DNA from: a bacterium
Lineage (GTDB): Bacteria > Hinthialibacterota > Hinthialibacteria > Hinthialibacterales > Hinthialibacteraceae
Assembly (NCBI GenBank): GCA_041946805.1
Contig: JBHGBC010000039.1
Span: 1-41,710, forward strand
Direction: 5' to 3'
DNA length: 41,710 nt
Positions 9,417 to 18,827 of the stretch are shown piece by piece. The number at the start of each line of letters is the position of its first letter. Positions within the stretch are counted from its first letter, which is position 1. Made by a program: the position numbers and the translations under genes. A model generated the notes under the pieces. It was not told where the DNA came from and ran no database searches. It saw only the letters and a program-made list of their open reading frames with translations.

Positions 9417-9449
9417 CCCTCACCCTAGCCCTCTCTTGGAGGGAGAGGG
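9417..9449 (+). repeat. REP-like hairpin family A, copy 3
   Basis: CCCTCACCCTAGCCCTCTCTTGGAGGGAGAGGG. Confidence 0.85.
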
Positions 9450-9564
9450 TATTTTGGGGTAGTTTTCATCGATCACTAAAAGGAGATACGGAACAGCCAC
9501 CTAAAAAATACATACGTGCCGGATGAACGACTCTATTGCCATCTTGAAAATAACGGCATGGTTT

Positions 9565-10227
9565 CTACTCATACAACTCATATTCACTTACATTCGAGGT
9601 AGAAAGCAATTCCACCCCGGTAAACCGGGCGTTGATCACTCGGCTGGACCGGTCACACCACGCACCGATTCCCACAACAACTGGATCTTTCAGATCGATT
9701 TCTAACTGCTTGATGAGGACCCATTCCTGGCTGCCGGGATTGTAGTATTGAAAACTGATTATGTTTCCATCCCGGACCAGTTTGACCAACCCGTCCTGGA
9801 GGGTGGGGGAAATCATCGCGCTGGGTTGACCCTGAAATCCTCCACTGCCCGTGAATGTTCCCCACCAGTCGATGACGCTGTTGTCCACCCGGTTGCCGAC
9901 GCCATAAACCATGGATCCGGCGTTGAAATCCTGGGCAGCGAACACATAGCCCCATCCATTCAGAGAGGCCCCGTCCGCGCTGACAGCAGAAATTGTGGCG
10001 CGGATTGTAAAGGACCCGCTCATTTTGGTGTACAGAACGTGATTGGTGTTCGTGTCCTCGATGTAATATTCCCCTTTTTGCGGATCGTAGGACGCGGCGG
10101 TGGGCATGGAGGGGGTAGTGAGGTTTTCTTGGAAGTCAAAAATCCCTATCGGCTGTGCCGTGACAACGGATGTTAAGCAGAAAAGGAAACAGAACGTGGT
10201 GGCTGTTAGAAACCCTGCTTTTGACAT
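9565..10227 (-). CDS. Exported beta-sandwich (LamG/DUF1349-like) protein with aromatic C-terminal tail
   Basis: GAGGAGGT RBS before ATG 10227; signal peptide; PIGIF...ASYDPQKGEYYI...LYTKMSGSF...KLVRDGN...WVLI...DPVVVGI resembles the two domains in the neighbouring M56 protein; ends SNVSEYELYE. Confidence 0.75.
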   Translation of the reverse strand: MSKAGFLTATTFCFLFCLTSVVTAQPIGIFDFQENLTTPSMPTAASYDPQKGEYYIEDTNTNHVLYTKMSGSFTIRATISAVSADGASLNGWGYVFAAQDFNAGSMVYGVGNRVDNSVIDWWGTFTGSGGFQGQPSAMISPTLQDGLVKLVRDGNIISFQYYNPGSQEWVLIKQLEIDLKDPVVVGIGAWCDRSSRVINARFTGVELLSTSNVSEYELYE

Positions 10228-10382
10228 GATACACCTCCTCATACTGATTTTATGGTGCTTTTTTTATGTTTACTCACCTCGGAGATCTTTTAATCGGTAA
10301 AAAAACCCCCTTCTATCACCGCCGGCCTGGCCGTGACTGAAAAATCACAAAATATTGATAAATGGTTTTAAAACCCTTTTAG

Positions 10383-10547
10383 GTAACTGTTTCTACTCAA
10401 ATGCAGGATATGAAAGAATTCCATTCTTTTTGGGCTTCCCTCACCCGGACCCTCTCCCAGGGGGAGAGGGAATCATTTCGCGATCCCCTCTATGCTCATA
10501 CTGCGTATAAAATATGGAGCGAGTACTGTTTTTGGGTAAACAGTTAC
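10383..10547. mobile_element. 165-bp IS66-type MITE with 8-bp target duplication, containing a family A hairpin
   Basis: Ends GTAACTGTTT / AAACAGTTAC (10-bp perfect TIR); flanks CCTTTTAG (10375-10382) and CCTTTTTG (10548-10555) match 7/8. Confidence 0.75.
10438..10470 (+). repeat. REP-like hairpin family A, copy 4
   Basis: CCCTCACCCGGACCCTCTCCCAGGGGGAGAGGG. Confidence 0.9.
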
Positions 10548-10565
10548 CCTTTTTGTAAAACTGAA

Positions 10566-13256
10566 TCAGTTACCCGCCAGCGGTTCGAACTCCATCTCCG
10601 TGAAATGCCCCCGGGTGTAATGGCCGGGATCTTCGGAATGGGTGGAAATCCCCACATGCACGGGATCGTCGAAATGGAGCGCGCGGCTTTCGAACCGGAC
10701 CCATTCCCGGCTGGCCGGATCCATGGCGTATATATTGACTGTGTCCCCCCGGCGCTCGATCTGCAGTTTCTCCCGCAGGTATGCGGCGGGAATGGTGACG
10801 CCCTCATCCCAGATTCCGTTCGGATCGCCCATTTTCCAGATCGAGGTGGCGCGTTGATTCGAGGGAAAGACTTTGATGCAGGCGTATTTATTGATGATGC
10901 CCACATGATCGACCACGAAAATCGTCGCGCCGCTCCAGGGCTGGCTGGTATCCACATTCTCGACGCGAACATGGGCGGCCAGCCGGAAATCGCCCCACAC
11001 CGCGCGGTACGCGCAATGCACGGCCAGGCGGGGCTGCGCATCGCTCCCCAAAATGTGGTATTCCCCGGTCTGGGCGTCGTATTCCGCGCTGCCCGGAGCG
11101 TCCGGTTGGCCGGTGTCCATATGATGTTCGAAAATCCCCAGCGGCGCGGGAATGACGGCCCGGTCCATGCCGCCGATCCGGTGTTCTCCCACCATGCCGG
11201 AAAACAGTCCTTCTGTTTCATCCGCCGAGGAAGGCAGCACCGTATATGTAAATATGTTCGAAACCGTGAAGGGCTCGAGTTTCCAGGTGATTCGGCCTCC
11301 ATCGACGATGCCATTCGCGGATACATCCCGAACCACCCACCCGGCGGGTGGATATTCCCGCATTTCCTTCGCGCCCGGCCGGCCTGTCCATTGAATGGCT
11401 ACGTGTAACGGTTTTCCGGGACGAAACGTGAGATCGGACAGGATCCGCGCGCTGCTAAAACTTTCAGATGGAACCGTCGGGGACGGCCGGGGTAGAGATT
11501 CCGGTCTTGGCTGGAAATTTTTATTTGTCAATGTGCGGACACGCACGTCACGGATCAAGCCTTCCGCTTTCATGGCGGCGCCTTCCGCGGCGGAGGAAGC
11601 GGCCAGTCCCACCAGCACCCGGTCCGGCATCTCCACCACCGACGTGGAAACCGTGATCCACTCCCGGCGCGCGGGATGATACCATTCGTGGATAAACCGG
11701 TTTTCCGCGGCGGCGCGGGTGAGCCGCGAACGGACCGGCCGGCCCGCGAACTCGGCCAAATCACTGCTTTGGGTGACGGTCATGCCGTGGGGGGAAACCC
11801 GGGACGTGGCCAGGATCATGTCCAGATCGCTCAAACGCCAATAATCCGTGCTGACCTGCTTGGCGCCGGCCTCCAAGGATTCCCGGCACATCAAGCCGAC
11901 GCGGTGCTGATCGGCCGCGGATTCCTTCCATCCCAGCGTGGCTTCGAGACTCCAGTCGCCGGTCATTTCCTTATAGACATAGAACAAATCATCCTCTTCG
12001 TCCCCCAGCATGCGCCGGCCCTGGCCCGCGATGGAATATTCATTCCGGGACGGATTGAATCGCACGGACCCCGGAGACGAAACCAAGCCGATGTCCGCGG
12101 AGTTCTCGAAGATGCCCAACGGCTGGGAAGGATCGAAAATGGACAAGGCAGGCTGCTGCAGGAGAACCACGAGAAGAAAGACCGAAACCCCGCAGAGGGC
12201 GCTGGTGATCCACGCGTTCGCGCTCCGGCTGGGAGCCCCGGGAATTTTCAGGATATAGCGGATGCGGCTGAGCACATTGCCCGCGCCGGCGGTCATCGCC
12301 AATTGGGCGAAATACAGGCGCAGTTCCTCCAGCCGGGCCAAGGCCTGCACATACACCAGCACATCGCCGCAAATCCGGGACGCCATTTCGTCGCAGCACC
12401 GTTCGCGCTCGACGCGGATTTTACTCGAAATCCACCAGACCGCCGGATGATAGAAGAACAGCGTTTCGACGACGGTCTGGAACAAATTGACCAGATAATC
12501 ATGGCGGCGGACATGGGCCAATTCATGCGCCACGATGGCTTCGAGCTGAGCGGGCGACAAGCCGGTCAATACGCTGGCGGGAATCAGAATCACGGGCTGG
12601 AGGAATCCAATCGTCAGGGGAACTTCGGACAGGGCGGATTCCAGGATTCGTATCGGTTGGCTGATATGCAACTTGTGGACCAGCTCATCCAGCCGGTCTC
12701 TCAGTCCATTCCCGATGGGGGTGACATGGTTGTTTTTCAAACGCTGCAATCCCACCCATCCCATCCCCCGCCAACCCGACATCACCAGCACGCCGATCAT
12801 CCAAAACACGACGCATGCGGGCAGGAAGGGTTCGATGCGCCGGGCGATATGCCGCCACAGCAAGCGCACGGCTTCGAGTTCGGAAAGGTCCGCGGACGAG
12901 GGTGCTGAGTTCGGGATTATGGCTTGAGCAGGATTCGCGGGAGAAAGAGGGGAAAACGGGAGAGAACCGGGATTCTGACCGGCCGGCGGGGTGGTCATAT
13001 CCAGGCCGGGCGGGTGATGTTGCTCATAACCTGGCAGGAGGAATATCAAGGTAAACACCGGGTAGAGCAACATCGCGAACAACGCGGCGCAGGCGGCCAG
13101 ATACCGGGCGTTGGCGCCGCGGCGGCGGAGGCCGTGCAGCAGAACCGCCAGCAGGAGGGCGGTGAGGGCGCCCTGCCAGAGGAAATGGGCCAGGACCCAA
13201 CCGATTGGATATACCCACGCATGGAAGCCGGCCGATGGTATCATCGCGGTGCTCAC
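10566..13256 (-). CDS. BlaR1/MecR1-type M56 metallopeptidase sensor with two C-terminal beta-sandwich domains
   Basis: HFLWQG, PVILIP, AHELAHVRRHD (HExxH), FFYHPAVWW, ERERCCD; after the last TM, two PLGIFE-starting domains instead of a penicillin-binding domain. Confidence 0.92.
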   Translation of the reverse strand: MSTAMIPSAGFHAWVYPIGWVLAHFLWQGALTALLLAVLLHGLRRRGANARYLAACAALFAMLLYPVFTLIFLLPGYEQHHPPGLDMTTPPAGQNPGSLPFSPLSPANPAQAIIPNSAPSSADLSELEAVRLLWRHIARRIEPFLPACVVFWMIGVLVMSGWRGMGWVGLQRLKNNHVTPIGNGLRDRLDELVHKLHISQPIRILESALSEVPLTIGFLQPVILIPASVLTGLSPAQLEAIVAHELAHVRRHDYLVNLFQTVVETLFFYHPAVWWISSKIRVERERCCDEMASRICGDVLVYVQALARLEELRLYFAQLAMTAGAGNVLSRIRYILKIPGAPSRSANAWITSALCGVSVFLLVVLLQQPALSIFDPSQPLGIFENSADIGLVSSPGSVRFNPSRNEYSIAGQGRRMLGDEEDDLFYVYKEMTGDWSLEATLGWKESAADQHRVGLMCRESLEAGAKQVSTDYWRLSDLDMILATSRVSPHGMTVTQSSDLAEFAGRPVRSRLTRAAAENRFIHEWYHPARREWITVSTSVVEMPDRVLVGLAASSAAEGAAMKAEGLIRDVRVRTLTNKNFQPRPESLPRPSPTVPSESFSSARILSDLTFRPGKPLHVAIQWTGRPGAKEMREYPPAGWVVRDVSANGIVDGGRITWKLEPFTVSNIFTYTVLPSSADETEGLFSGMVGEHRIGGMDRAVIPAPLGIFEHHMDTGQPDAPGSAEYDAQTGEYHILGSDAQPRLAVHCAYRAVWGDFRLAAHVRVENVDTSQPWSGATIFVVDHVGIINKYACIKVFPSNQRATSIWKMGDPNGIWDEGVTIPAAYLREKLQIERRGDTVNIYAMDPASREWVRFESRALHFDDPVHVGISTHSEDPGHYTRGHFTEMEFEPLAGN

Positions 13257-13630
13257 GTTTGATAATTTTCCAAGATTTTATATATCTCTTTCAATTCGTC
13301 CTCGGACAGTTTTTTCATGGATAGGGCTTTCATCACCATCTGGTACGTCGACCCGTCGAACGCCCGCCGGGCGATATCGCCGAGCAGGTGCTTCTGCGTT
13401 TGGTCTTGCGAAACGCAGGCTTCATAGACATGGGCGTAGGTGGATTCATCGCGTTGAACCAGCCCCTTGCGCGCCATGATTTGCAGCAGGGTCAACACCG
13501 TGGTTTTGGCCCGGCCCATCTCCTGTTGGATCTCCCGGGCCGTGCTGGGTCCGCGCCGCCAGAGAATATGCAGAATCGCCAATTCGGCTTCCGTGGGCTT
13601 GGGGAAGGGGTTTCTTTTACTCTTTTTCAT
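13253..13630 (-). CDS. BlaI/MecI/CopY-family transcriptional repressor
   Basis: PTEAELAILHILWRRGPSTAREI...TTVLTLLQIMARKGLVQRDE...AFDGS; 4-bp overlap with the M56 gene. Confidence 0.95.
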   Translation of the reverse strand: MKKSKRNPFPKPTEAELAILHILWRRGPSTAREIQQEMGRAKTTVLTLLQIMARKGLVQRDESTYAHVYEACVSQDQTQKHLLGDIARRAFDGSTYQMVMKALSMKKLSEDELKEIYKILENYQT

Positions 13631-13651
13631 GTTCGGGTAATCCTCAATTAC

Positions 13652-13705
13652 CTAGGTTCTTAGACGCTTTGGACCCTATTATCTAGCCGTTTAGTCACTT
13701 GTCAA
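13652..13705 (-). promoter_or_regulatory. Sigma70 promoter with two candidate BlaI operators
   Basis: Minus strand TTGACA (13705-13700), 16 bp, GATAAT (13683-13678); two CTA-N6-TAG palindromes at 13683-13694 and 13652-13663, the same geometry as the CTACA-N2-TGTAG BlaI/MecI box. Confidence 0.65.
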
Positions 13706-13807
13706 GGGGGTTTTTTAGGATTTTTTCTCATTCCGCCAAACAAGAAGGAAAAACCGGAGAATCCGCCGAGAGTTCACCAAAATCAACCTTACACCATATC
13801 ATCTATC

Positions 13808-14115
13808 GTAACAGGTCACTCTTCTGAAGTGGTAACCGGCGGGAAAGGCGGCAGATGCTCCGTGTGGACAGAGTCCCGTTGGGCATAAAAGAAGATATAA
13901 ATGTGGGTGTATTCAGTCCTGTTATGCTAGCCTTGCATCACCTTGCGCCAGATCACCGCCCGCCGGAGCTCCCGCTCTATGTGGATGTTCATCGGCGTTG
14001 CCTCGGAATGATCCAGAATCGTCAACAACTCATCCCAATAGTACCGCAACCGCTGGGCCAGGCGCCGCCCGCCGGGATCGAAGCCGGGAGTGTTCCCGCC
14101 GCCCGGCTTTTTCAT
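13808..14115 (-). mobile_element. Second IS66-family relic (right end plus transposase fragment)
   Basis: 13808-13855 matches the reverse complement of 8509-8556 at 44/48; ORF 13927-14115 has RLRYYWDELLTIL...NIHIERELRRAVIWRK, like the IS66 NNxAERxLRxxVxxRK motif; far end uncertain (possibly ~14342). Confidence 0.75.
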
Positions 14116-14536
14116 GGAATGGGATCTATTCTACGGCTTCGGGCTTGGCCTCCAAGCGGTAAATCCCAGGGGGCCCGGGGGACAGCGTCCCCCAGCCTTA
14201 CCCACACCAAACAGCGGGGAACCATTTTCTGGAACGGAAGCGAAACGATCCCAATGTCCTCTGTTCAGGATAGAAGGCATTGGACATCGTGGTAATCCTT
14301 CTATGGAATCGCCATTATTCATGCAATCCGGGAAACAGTAACCTATAAATCCCCTCGGGAACCGAATCTGGATACGAGCCCGTTCCCTCGAATATCGTTT
14401 CTTCCGGTCTGCTTAAGCAGTTGGTATCCATGAATTCACCGCTCACTTTCCTCAATTGTTTGTTGTAGTATTACGCGAGGCTTCGGGACTAGGCAATGAT
14501 CATAAAATCCCGGATTCTTTCCCGAGGAGATTTTCA

Positions 14537-16213
14537 ATGACAACCATCCGGCATGCGGCAATTGGATTTTTTTGGCTTTATCTCCAGATCCCCGCCTTCG
14601 CCTTCGAGCCGGTGTATGCGCGCCTGGGCATGGCGGCCGGCCCCGAGCCTATCGCCGTCCAGGCGGGCGTGGAGATCCTGCAACAGGGCGGCAACGCCTT
14701 CGACGCGGCGGCGGCCATCGGTTTCGCCCTGGCGGTCACCTATCCCACCGCGGGGAACCTGGGCGGCGGCGGCTTCATGACCGCCCTGACGAAAAACGGC
14801 GAATCCCTCTTCCTCGATTTCCGCGAAACCGCCCCCCAAGCGGCCACGCGCGACATGTTTGTAGATGACGAGGGAAACCTGATGGAAGGCAAGAGCACCG
14901 CGAGTCTCCTCGCCGCGGGCGTTCCCGGAACCGTACACGGCTTGTTCGAGATTTTCCAAAACTATGGAACCAAAAGCCGCACGGATAACCTGGCTCCCGC
15001 CATCCGTCTGGCCCGGGACGGATTTCCCGTCTCCTACTCCCTGCACCGCTCTCTTGTGAACAACCAAAAATACCTCACGCGCTTCCCCTCCACCGCCGCC
15101 GTTTTTTATCCGAACGGAGAAGCCCCGGCGTTCGGTTCGGTGTTCCAGCAGCCCGATCTCGCCTGGACGTTGACCCAACTCAGCCAATCCGGCCCCGACG
15201 CGTTTTACAAAGGAGAAATCGCTGAAAAACTGGTCCGCTTCATGGAACAAAACGGGGGCATCATCACCCGCGAAGACCTGGCCGCGTACGCGTCGAAGTT
15301 CCGCCCCCCGGTCATCATTTCCTACAAGGAATATTCGCTCATCGCCCCGGGATTGCCCAGTTCCGGCGGCATCGCGCTGGCCCAGATGCTCAAGCTGCTC
15401 GAGCCGCTGCCCTGGCGGAGGATGGGATACCATTCGGCGGAATACATCCGGTCGATCGTCGAAGCCGAGCGCCTGGCCTTCGCCGACCGCAATTATTTTC
15501 TGGGGGATGCCGATTTCGTAGAGGTCCCCCTGGATCGCCTCCTCTCCGATTCGTACCTGGAGCAGCGCCGCCGGCGGATTCCCCCCTGGCGCGCCGGACA
15601 AAGCGAAGGCGTATCCCACGGCGGTCTTGAATCCCACGAAACCACTCATTTCTGCGTGGTGGACCGCGACCGCAACGTGGTGGCCATCACCTATACGCTG
15701 AACGGGGGTTATGGCATGGGCGGCGTGGTGGAGGGCGCGGGCTTTCTCCTGAACAACGAGATGGACGATTTCAGCGCCAAGCCCGGTTCCAGCAACCTGT
15801 TTGGATTGATCCAATACGAGGCCAACGCCATCGCTCCCGGCAAGCGCATGCTCTCCAGCATGACGCCGATGATCGCGCTCCGGGATGGAAAGTTCGCCTT
15901 TACCGTGGGCACGCCGGGCGGCCCCACCATCATCACCACCAACCTGCAGATCTTTTTGAACATGGCCGAAATGGGGATGAACATCCGGGAAGCCATCGAC
16001 GCCCGCCGGTTCCATCATCAATGGCGGCCCGACCGCATTCAATTTGAGCGCTTCGCCTTCTCGCCGGACACTGTTCTCAACCTGTCCGGCCGGGGCTACA
16101 CCCTGCAGGAAGTAAACTCGCTCGGATTCGCCACGGGGATACAAGCCTTGGAAAACGGCCTATTGGCGGGATACGCGGACGGGCGCGGCGATGGACTTGC
16201 GGCCGGATATTGA
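14537..16213 (+). CDS. ggt: Gamma-glutamyltransferase, exported
   Basis: GGNAFDAA, GNLGGGGF, DFRETAP, GVPGTV, ETTHF autocleavage Thr, LLNNEMDDF, PGKRMLSSMTP, GTPGG; start set from GAGGAG RBS. Confidence 0.96.
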   Translation: MTTIRHAAIGFFWLYLQIPAFAFEPVYARLGMAAGPEPIAVQAGVEILQQGGNAFDAAAAIGFALAVTYPTAGNLGGGGFMTALTKNGESLFLDFRETAPQAATRDMFVDDEGNLMEGKSTASLLAAGVPGTVHGLFEIFQNYGTKSRTDNLAPAIRLARDGFPVSYSLHRSLVNNQKYLTRFPSTAAVFYPNGEAPAFGSVFQQPDLAWTLTQLSQSGPDAFYKGEIAEKLVRFMEQNGGIITREDLAAYASKFRPPVIISYKEYSLIAPGLPSSGGIALAQMLKLLEPLPWRRMGYHSAEYIRSIVEAERLAFADRNYFLGDADFVEVPLDRLLSDSYLEQRRRRIPPWRAGQSEGVSHGGLESHETTHFCVVDRDRNVVAITYTLNGGYGMGGVVEGAGFLLNNEMDDFSAKPGSSNLFGLIQYEANAIAPGKRMLSSMTPMIALRDGKFAFTVGTPGGPTIITTNLQIFLNMAEMGMNIREAIDARRFHHQWRPDRIQFERFAFSPDTVLNLSGRGYTLQEVNSLGFATGIQALENGLLAGYADGRGDGLAAGY

Positions 16214-16266
16214 TCTGGCTTGCAACTCATTCTGGAGAGGGCGTGATAAGCCCGGGAATTTAATTG

Positions 16267-18615
16267 ATGCGGAACCCAATGGCTTGGTGTTTGATCTTCG
16301 CGGCGGCGGCCGGTATGGCGGTAAACGCGTTCGCGGATACCTCTTCCGCTTCCGTCTTAGGTTTGGAACCGGGAGACCGGCGGCTCAACAATGACGATAT
16401 CGGAGTCATCCTCTGGGGGCCGGACACCGCGCCCACATTGAGCATAGGGAAAAGCGATATCTGGGACCGGCGCAATCCCCAGCCGCCGCAGCCCATCCTG
16501 ACTCTTGAAGAAATCAAGCGCCTGGCCATGACCGGCGACCCGCGGATCCTCAATGGCGCGGCCTATTACACGGCATACAACTCCCACGACTTTCCCTGCC
16601 CCAAACCCGCCGGACAATTGATCCTGCGGATGCCGTTTCTGGAAGCGGGCGGCGCGCTCTCCGTGGAAGAGGCCGGTAAAAGCCTGGTTCTCCACGCGCG
16701 CCAGGGAAAACGCTCGCTACGAATCAAGATATTTGTCAGCGCTTCACGGAACGTGATCGTGCTGGATGGCCTGGCTTCTAACCTCGAACCGGGGGATCTG
16801 TCTGTCCGGTTGTACCGCCATCGGGACTCGATTCTCCCCGGCGACCTGCTGCATCCAACTCTCGGTGACCAAAAATCCCCCCTGGATTTCGAACCGTTGC
16901 CGATGCCCCGGGCAGGTTTTGAAACCGATTGTTTCTGGATTCAACAAGATTTTCCTCCGGAGATGACGTTCCCGGAGGGATTCAGCACGCTGTTGGCCGC
17001 CCGGATTTCCGGCGTTCAATCCGCAATGGAGGCCCAAGAGGGTAAAACGGATTTGGGCACGCCCATGCGGACCGATAAAGAAGGCCGCTTGACCCACATG
17101 ATCAACAAGCGCTTCTCCCCGATCAACGCGTCGCCCGGTTCCGCCGCGGAAGCCCTTCTGGGCGCGGCCGACGGCCCCTTTGCGGTGTTTGCCGCCGTGG
17201 TGACCACGCAAGACGCGCGCGATCCCTTGGCGAAAGCCCGGCGGGATCTGGACGAAGCGTTCCAACTCGGCGCGGAAGGATTGTGGCGGGAGAACGTCCA
17301 GCGGTTCGCGGAGTATGAATCCCGTCCACGCGCGCGGGCCTGGTCGAGCGGCGGATTCATCCAGATCGATAAGGTTTGGGGTGGGAATCCTTACCGCGCG
17401 CGCCCCAGCGGCTACTACGGCGATATCCCCTTTTGCTCAGTGGATTCCACCAAATTTTGTTTCCAGGACAGTTCGCCCTGGCACGCCGATTTTCATTTCA
17501 ACGAGATCAGCGCCCTCGAATCGTGTGTCCTGCGCCAGTTCCACTTCATGGATCCATATTTCCGGCTGATTCTAACCCTGCTGCCCATGGCCCAGGCCAA
17601 CGCCCGGCAAGTCTACAACGCCCGCGGCGCGATGTACCCCCTGATCCACTACCCGCTCAAAGCCGAAACCGTGATCCACTCGCATGTGACCTGGGAACAA
17701 AGCATGGAAATCACCGCCTTGCTGGCCAAACCCTTCTGGCTGCGTTATCAATACTCCGGCGATCGGGATTTCTTGCGGGACATGGCGTATCCCGTCCTGC
17801 GGGAAGGGGCGCGTTTCTACGCGGACTTCTTACGGCGCGAGAAAGACGGCCTTTACCACGTGTTTCCCACCGTGTCGCCCGAACACCGGGGAATCACCCG
17901 CAATCTGGAATTCAACCGCGACAGTCAATCGGGAATCACACTGATCCGCTATCACCTCCGGGCGGCGGCGGAAGCCGCCCGGCTCTGTGGGCTCGATCTC
18001 GAGGAAGCCGCCCGCTGGCGGGAGATCGCCTCCCGAATGCCGGAGTATCCCACGGTGGACACGCCGGAAGGTCCGATCTTCATCGATGTGGCGGGCGCGA
18101 AGCCCATGGAATACAACATCGCGGTCCCCTTGTCCGCCGTGTTTTGGGGGGATGATATAAGCCTCGATTCTCCTCCCGCGCTCCTGGAAACCGCCCGGCG
18201 CACGCTGCGCTTGATCCAAGTCTGGGAACCGCACCGCTTTTACCTGCGCGGGGTTCGGATCCGGCTGGGGATCTACCATCCGGACGATCCCATGGGAACG
18301 GAAAACCTGCTGCAATCCCATACGGGAGTGATCCGGGTATTCCCCACGGTGCCGGATGATTTCGTTGGGGGTTTTGAAAATTTCGGAACGCAAGGGGCTT
18401 TTGCCGTCTCGGCGGAACGGACGAAAAACGGCGTCGCGTTCATCCGCCTTACCTCGCTCGCGGGCAACGAATGCCGGGTGGCGAATCCCTGGCCGGATCA
18501 ACCGGTGATCCTGAAGGACGAAACCACCGGCGCCGAGTTCCGTTTCCCCAACGGGAAAGGACCCTTCCGGTTTGAAACCACGACCAACCACACATACCGG
18601 CTTCAGGCGCGTTGA
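16267..18615 (+). CDS. GH95-like glycoside hydrolase ((alpha/alpha)6 barrel), exported
   Basis: Signal peptide; IGKSDIWD, WHADFHFN, YQYSGDRDFLRDMAYPVLREGARFY, PTVSPEH, ENLLQSHTGVIRVFP, GAFAVSA, SLAGNECRVANPW. Confidence 0.75.
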   Translation: MRNPMAWCLIFAAAAGMAVNAFADTSSASVLGLEPGDRRLNNDDIGVILWGPDTAPTLSIGKSDIWDRRNPQPPQPILTLEEIKRLAMTGDPRILNGAAYYTAYNSHDFPCPKPAGQLILRMPFLEAGGALSVEEAGKSLVLHARQGKRSLRIKIFVSASRNVIVLDGLASNLEPGDLSVRLYRHRDSILPGDLLHPTLGDQKSPLDFEPLPMPRAGFETDCFWIQQDFPPEMTFPEGFSTLLAARISGVQSAMEAQEGKTDLGTPMRTDKEGRLTHMINKRFSPINASPGSAAEALLGAADGPFAVFAAVVTTQDARDPLAKARRDLDEAFQLGAEGLWRENVQRFAEYESRPRARAWSSGGFIQIDKVWGGNPYRARPSGYYGDIPFCSVDSTKFCFQDSSPWHADFHFNEISALESCVLRQFHFMDPYFRLILTLLPMAQANARQVYNARGAMYPLIHYPLKAETVIHSHVTWEQSMEITALLAKPFWLRYQYSGDRDFLRDMAYPVLREGARFYADFLRREKDGLYHVFPTVSPEHRGITRNLEFNRDSQSGITLIRYHLRAAAEAARLCGLDLEEAARWREIASRMPEYPTVDTPEGPIFIDVAGAKPMEYNIAVPLSAVFWGDDISLDSPPALLETARRTLRLIQVWEPHRFYLRGVRIRLGIYHPDDPMGTENLLQSHTGVIRVFPTVPDDFVGGFENFGTQGAFAVSAERTKNGVAFIRLTSLAGNECRVANPWPDQPVILKDETTGAEFRFPNGKGPFRFETTTNHTYRLQAR

Positions 18616-18643
18616 AAATTGACGCGGAGAGTGTTTTTGTGAT

Positions 18644-18660
18644 GCAGGCATCCTGCCTGC
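18644..18660. repeat. Short REP-like hairpin between convergent genes
   Basis: GCAGGCA-TCC-TGCCTGC perfect 7-bp stem. Confidence 0.45.
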
Positions 18661-18827
18661 CTTGCGCCTTGTTTCTTCCCAATCTTCACCGATGTTCAGG
18701 GAAGATTGGGCGGTGGTTGGAACCGCGGGATGGATTATCGCGTGGCGCGTAATCCATCAAAACACCAGCGATTTTCCGGCCCTGCCAGGATCTTAAAATC
18801 CAAAAACCGTTGCAAAACGAGGATTCA

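Noticed and set aside
10566..13630. Beta-lactam resistance locus
   Set aside because: No beta-lactamase or PBP gene nearby and no SxxK penicillin-binding sensor domain recognised
14161..14196. AAATCCCAGGGGGCCCGGGGGACAGCGTCCCCCAG hairpin, reminiscent of mobile element ends
   Set aside because: Single copy, cannot be assigned to a family; probably part of the adjacent relic
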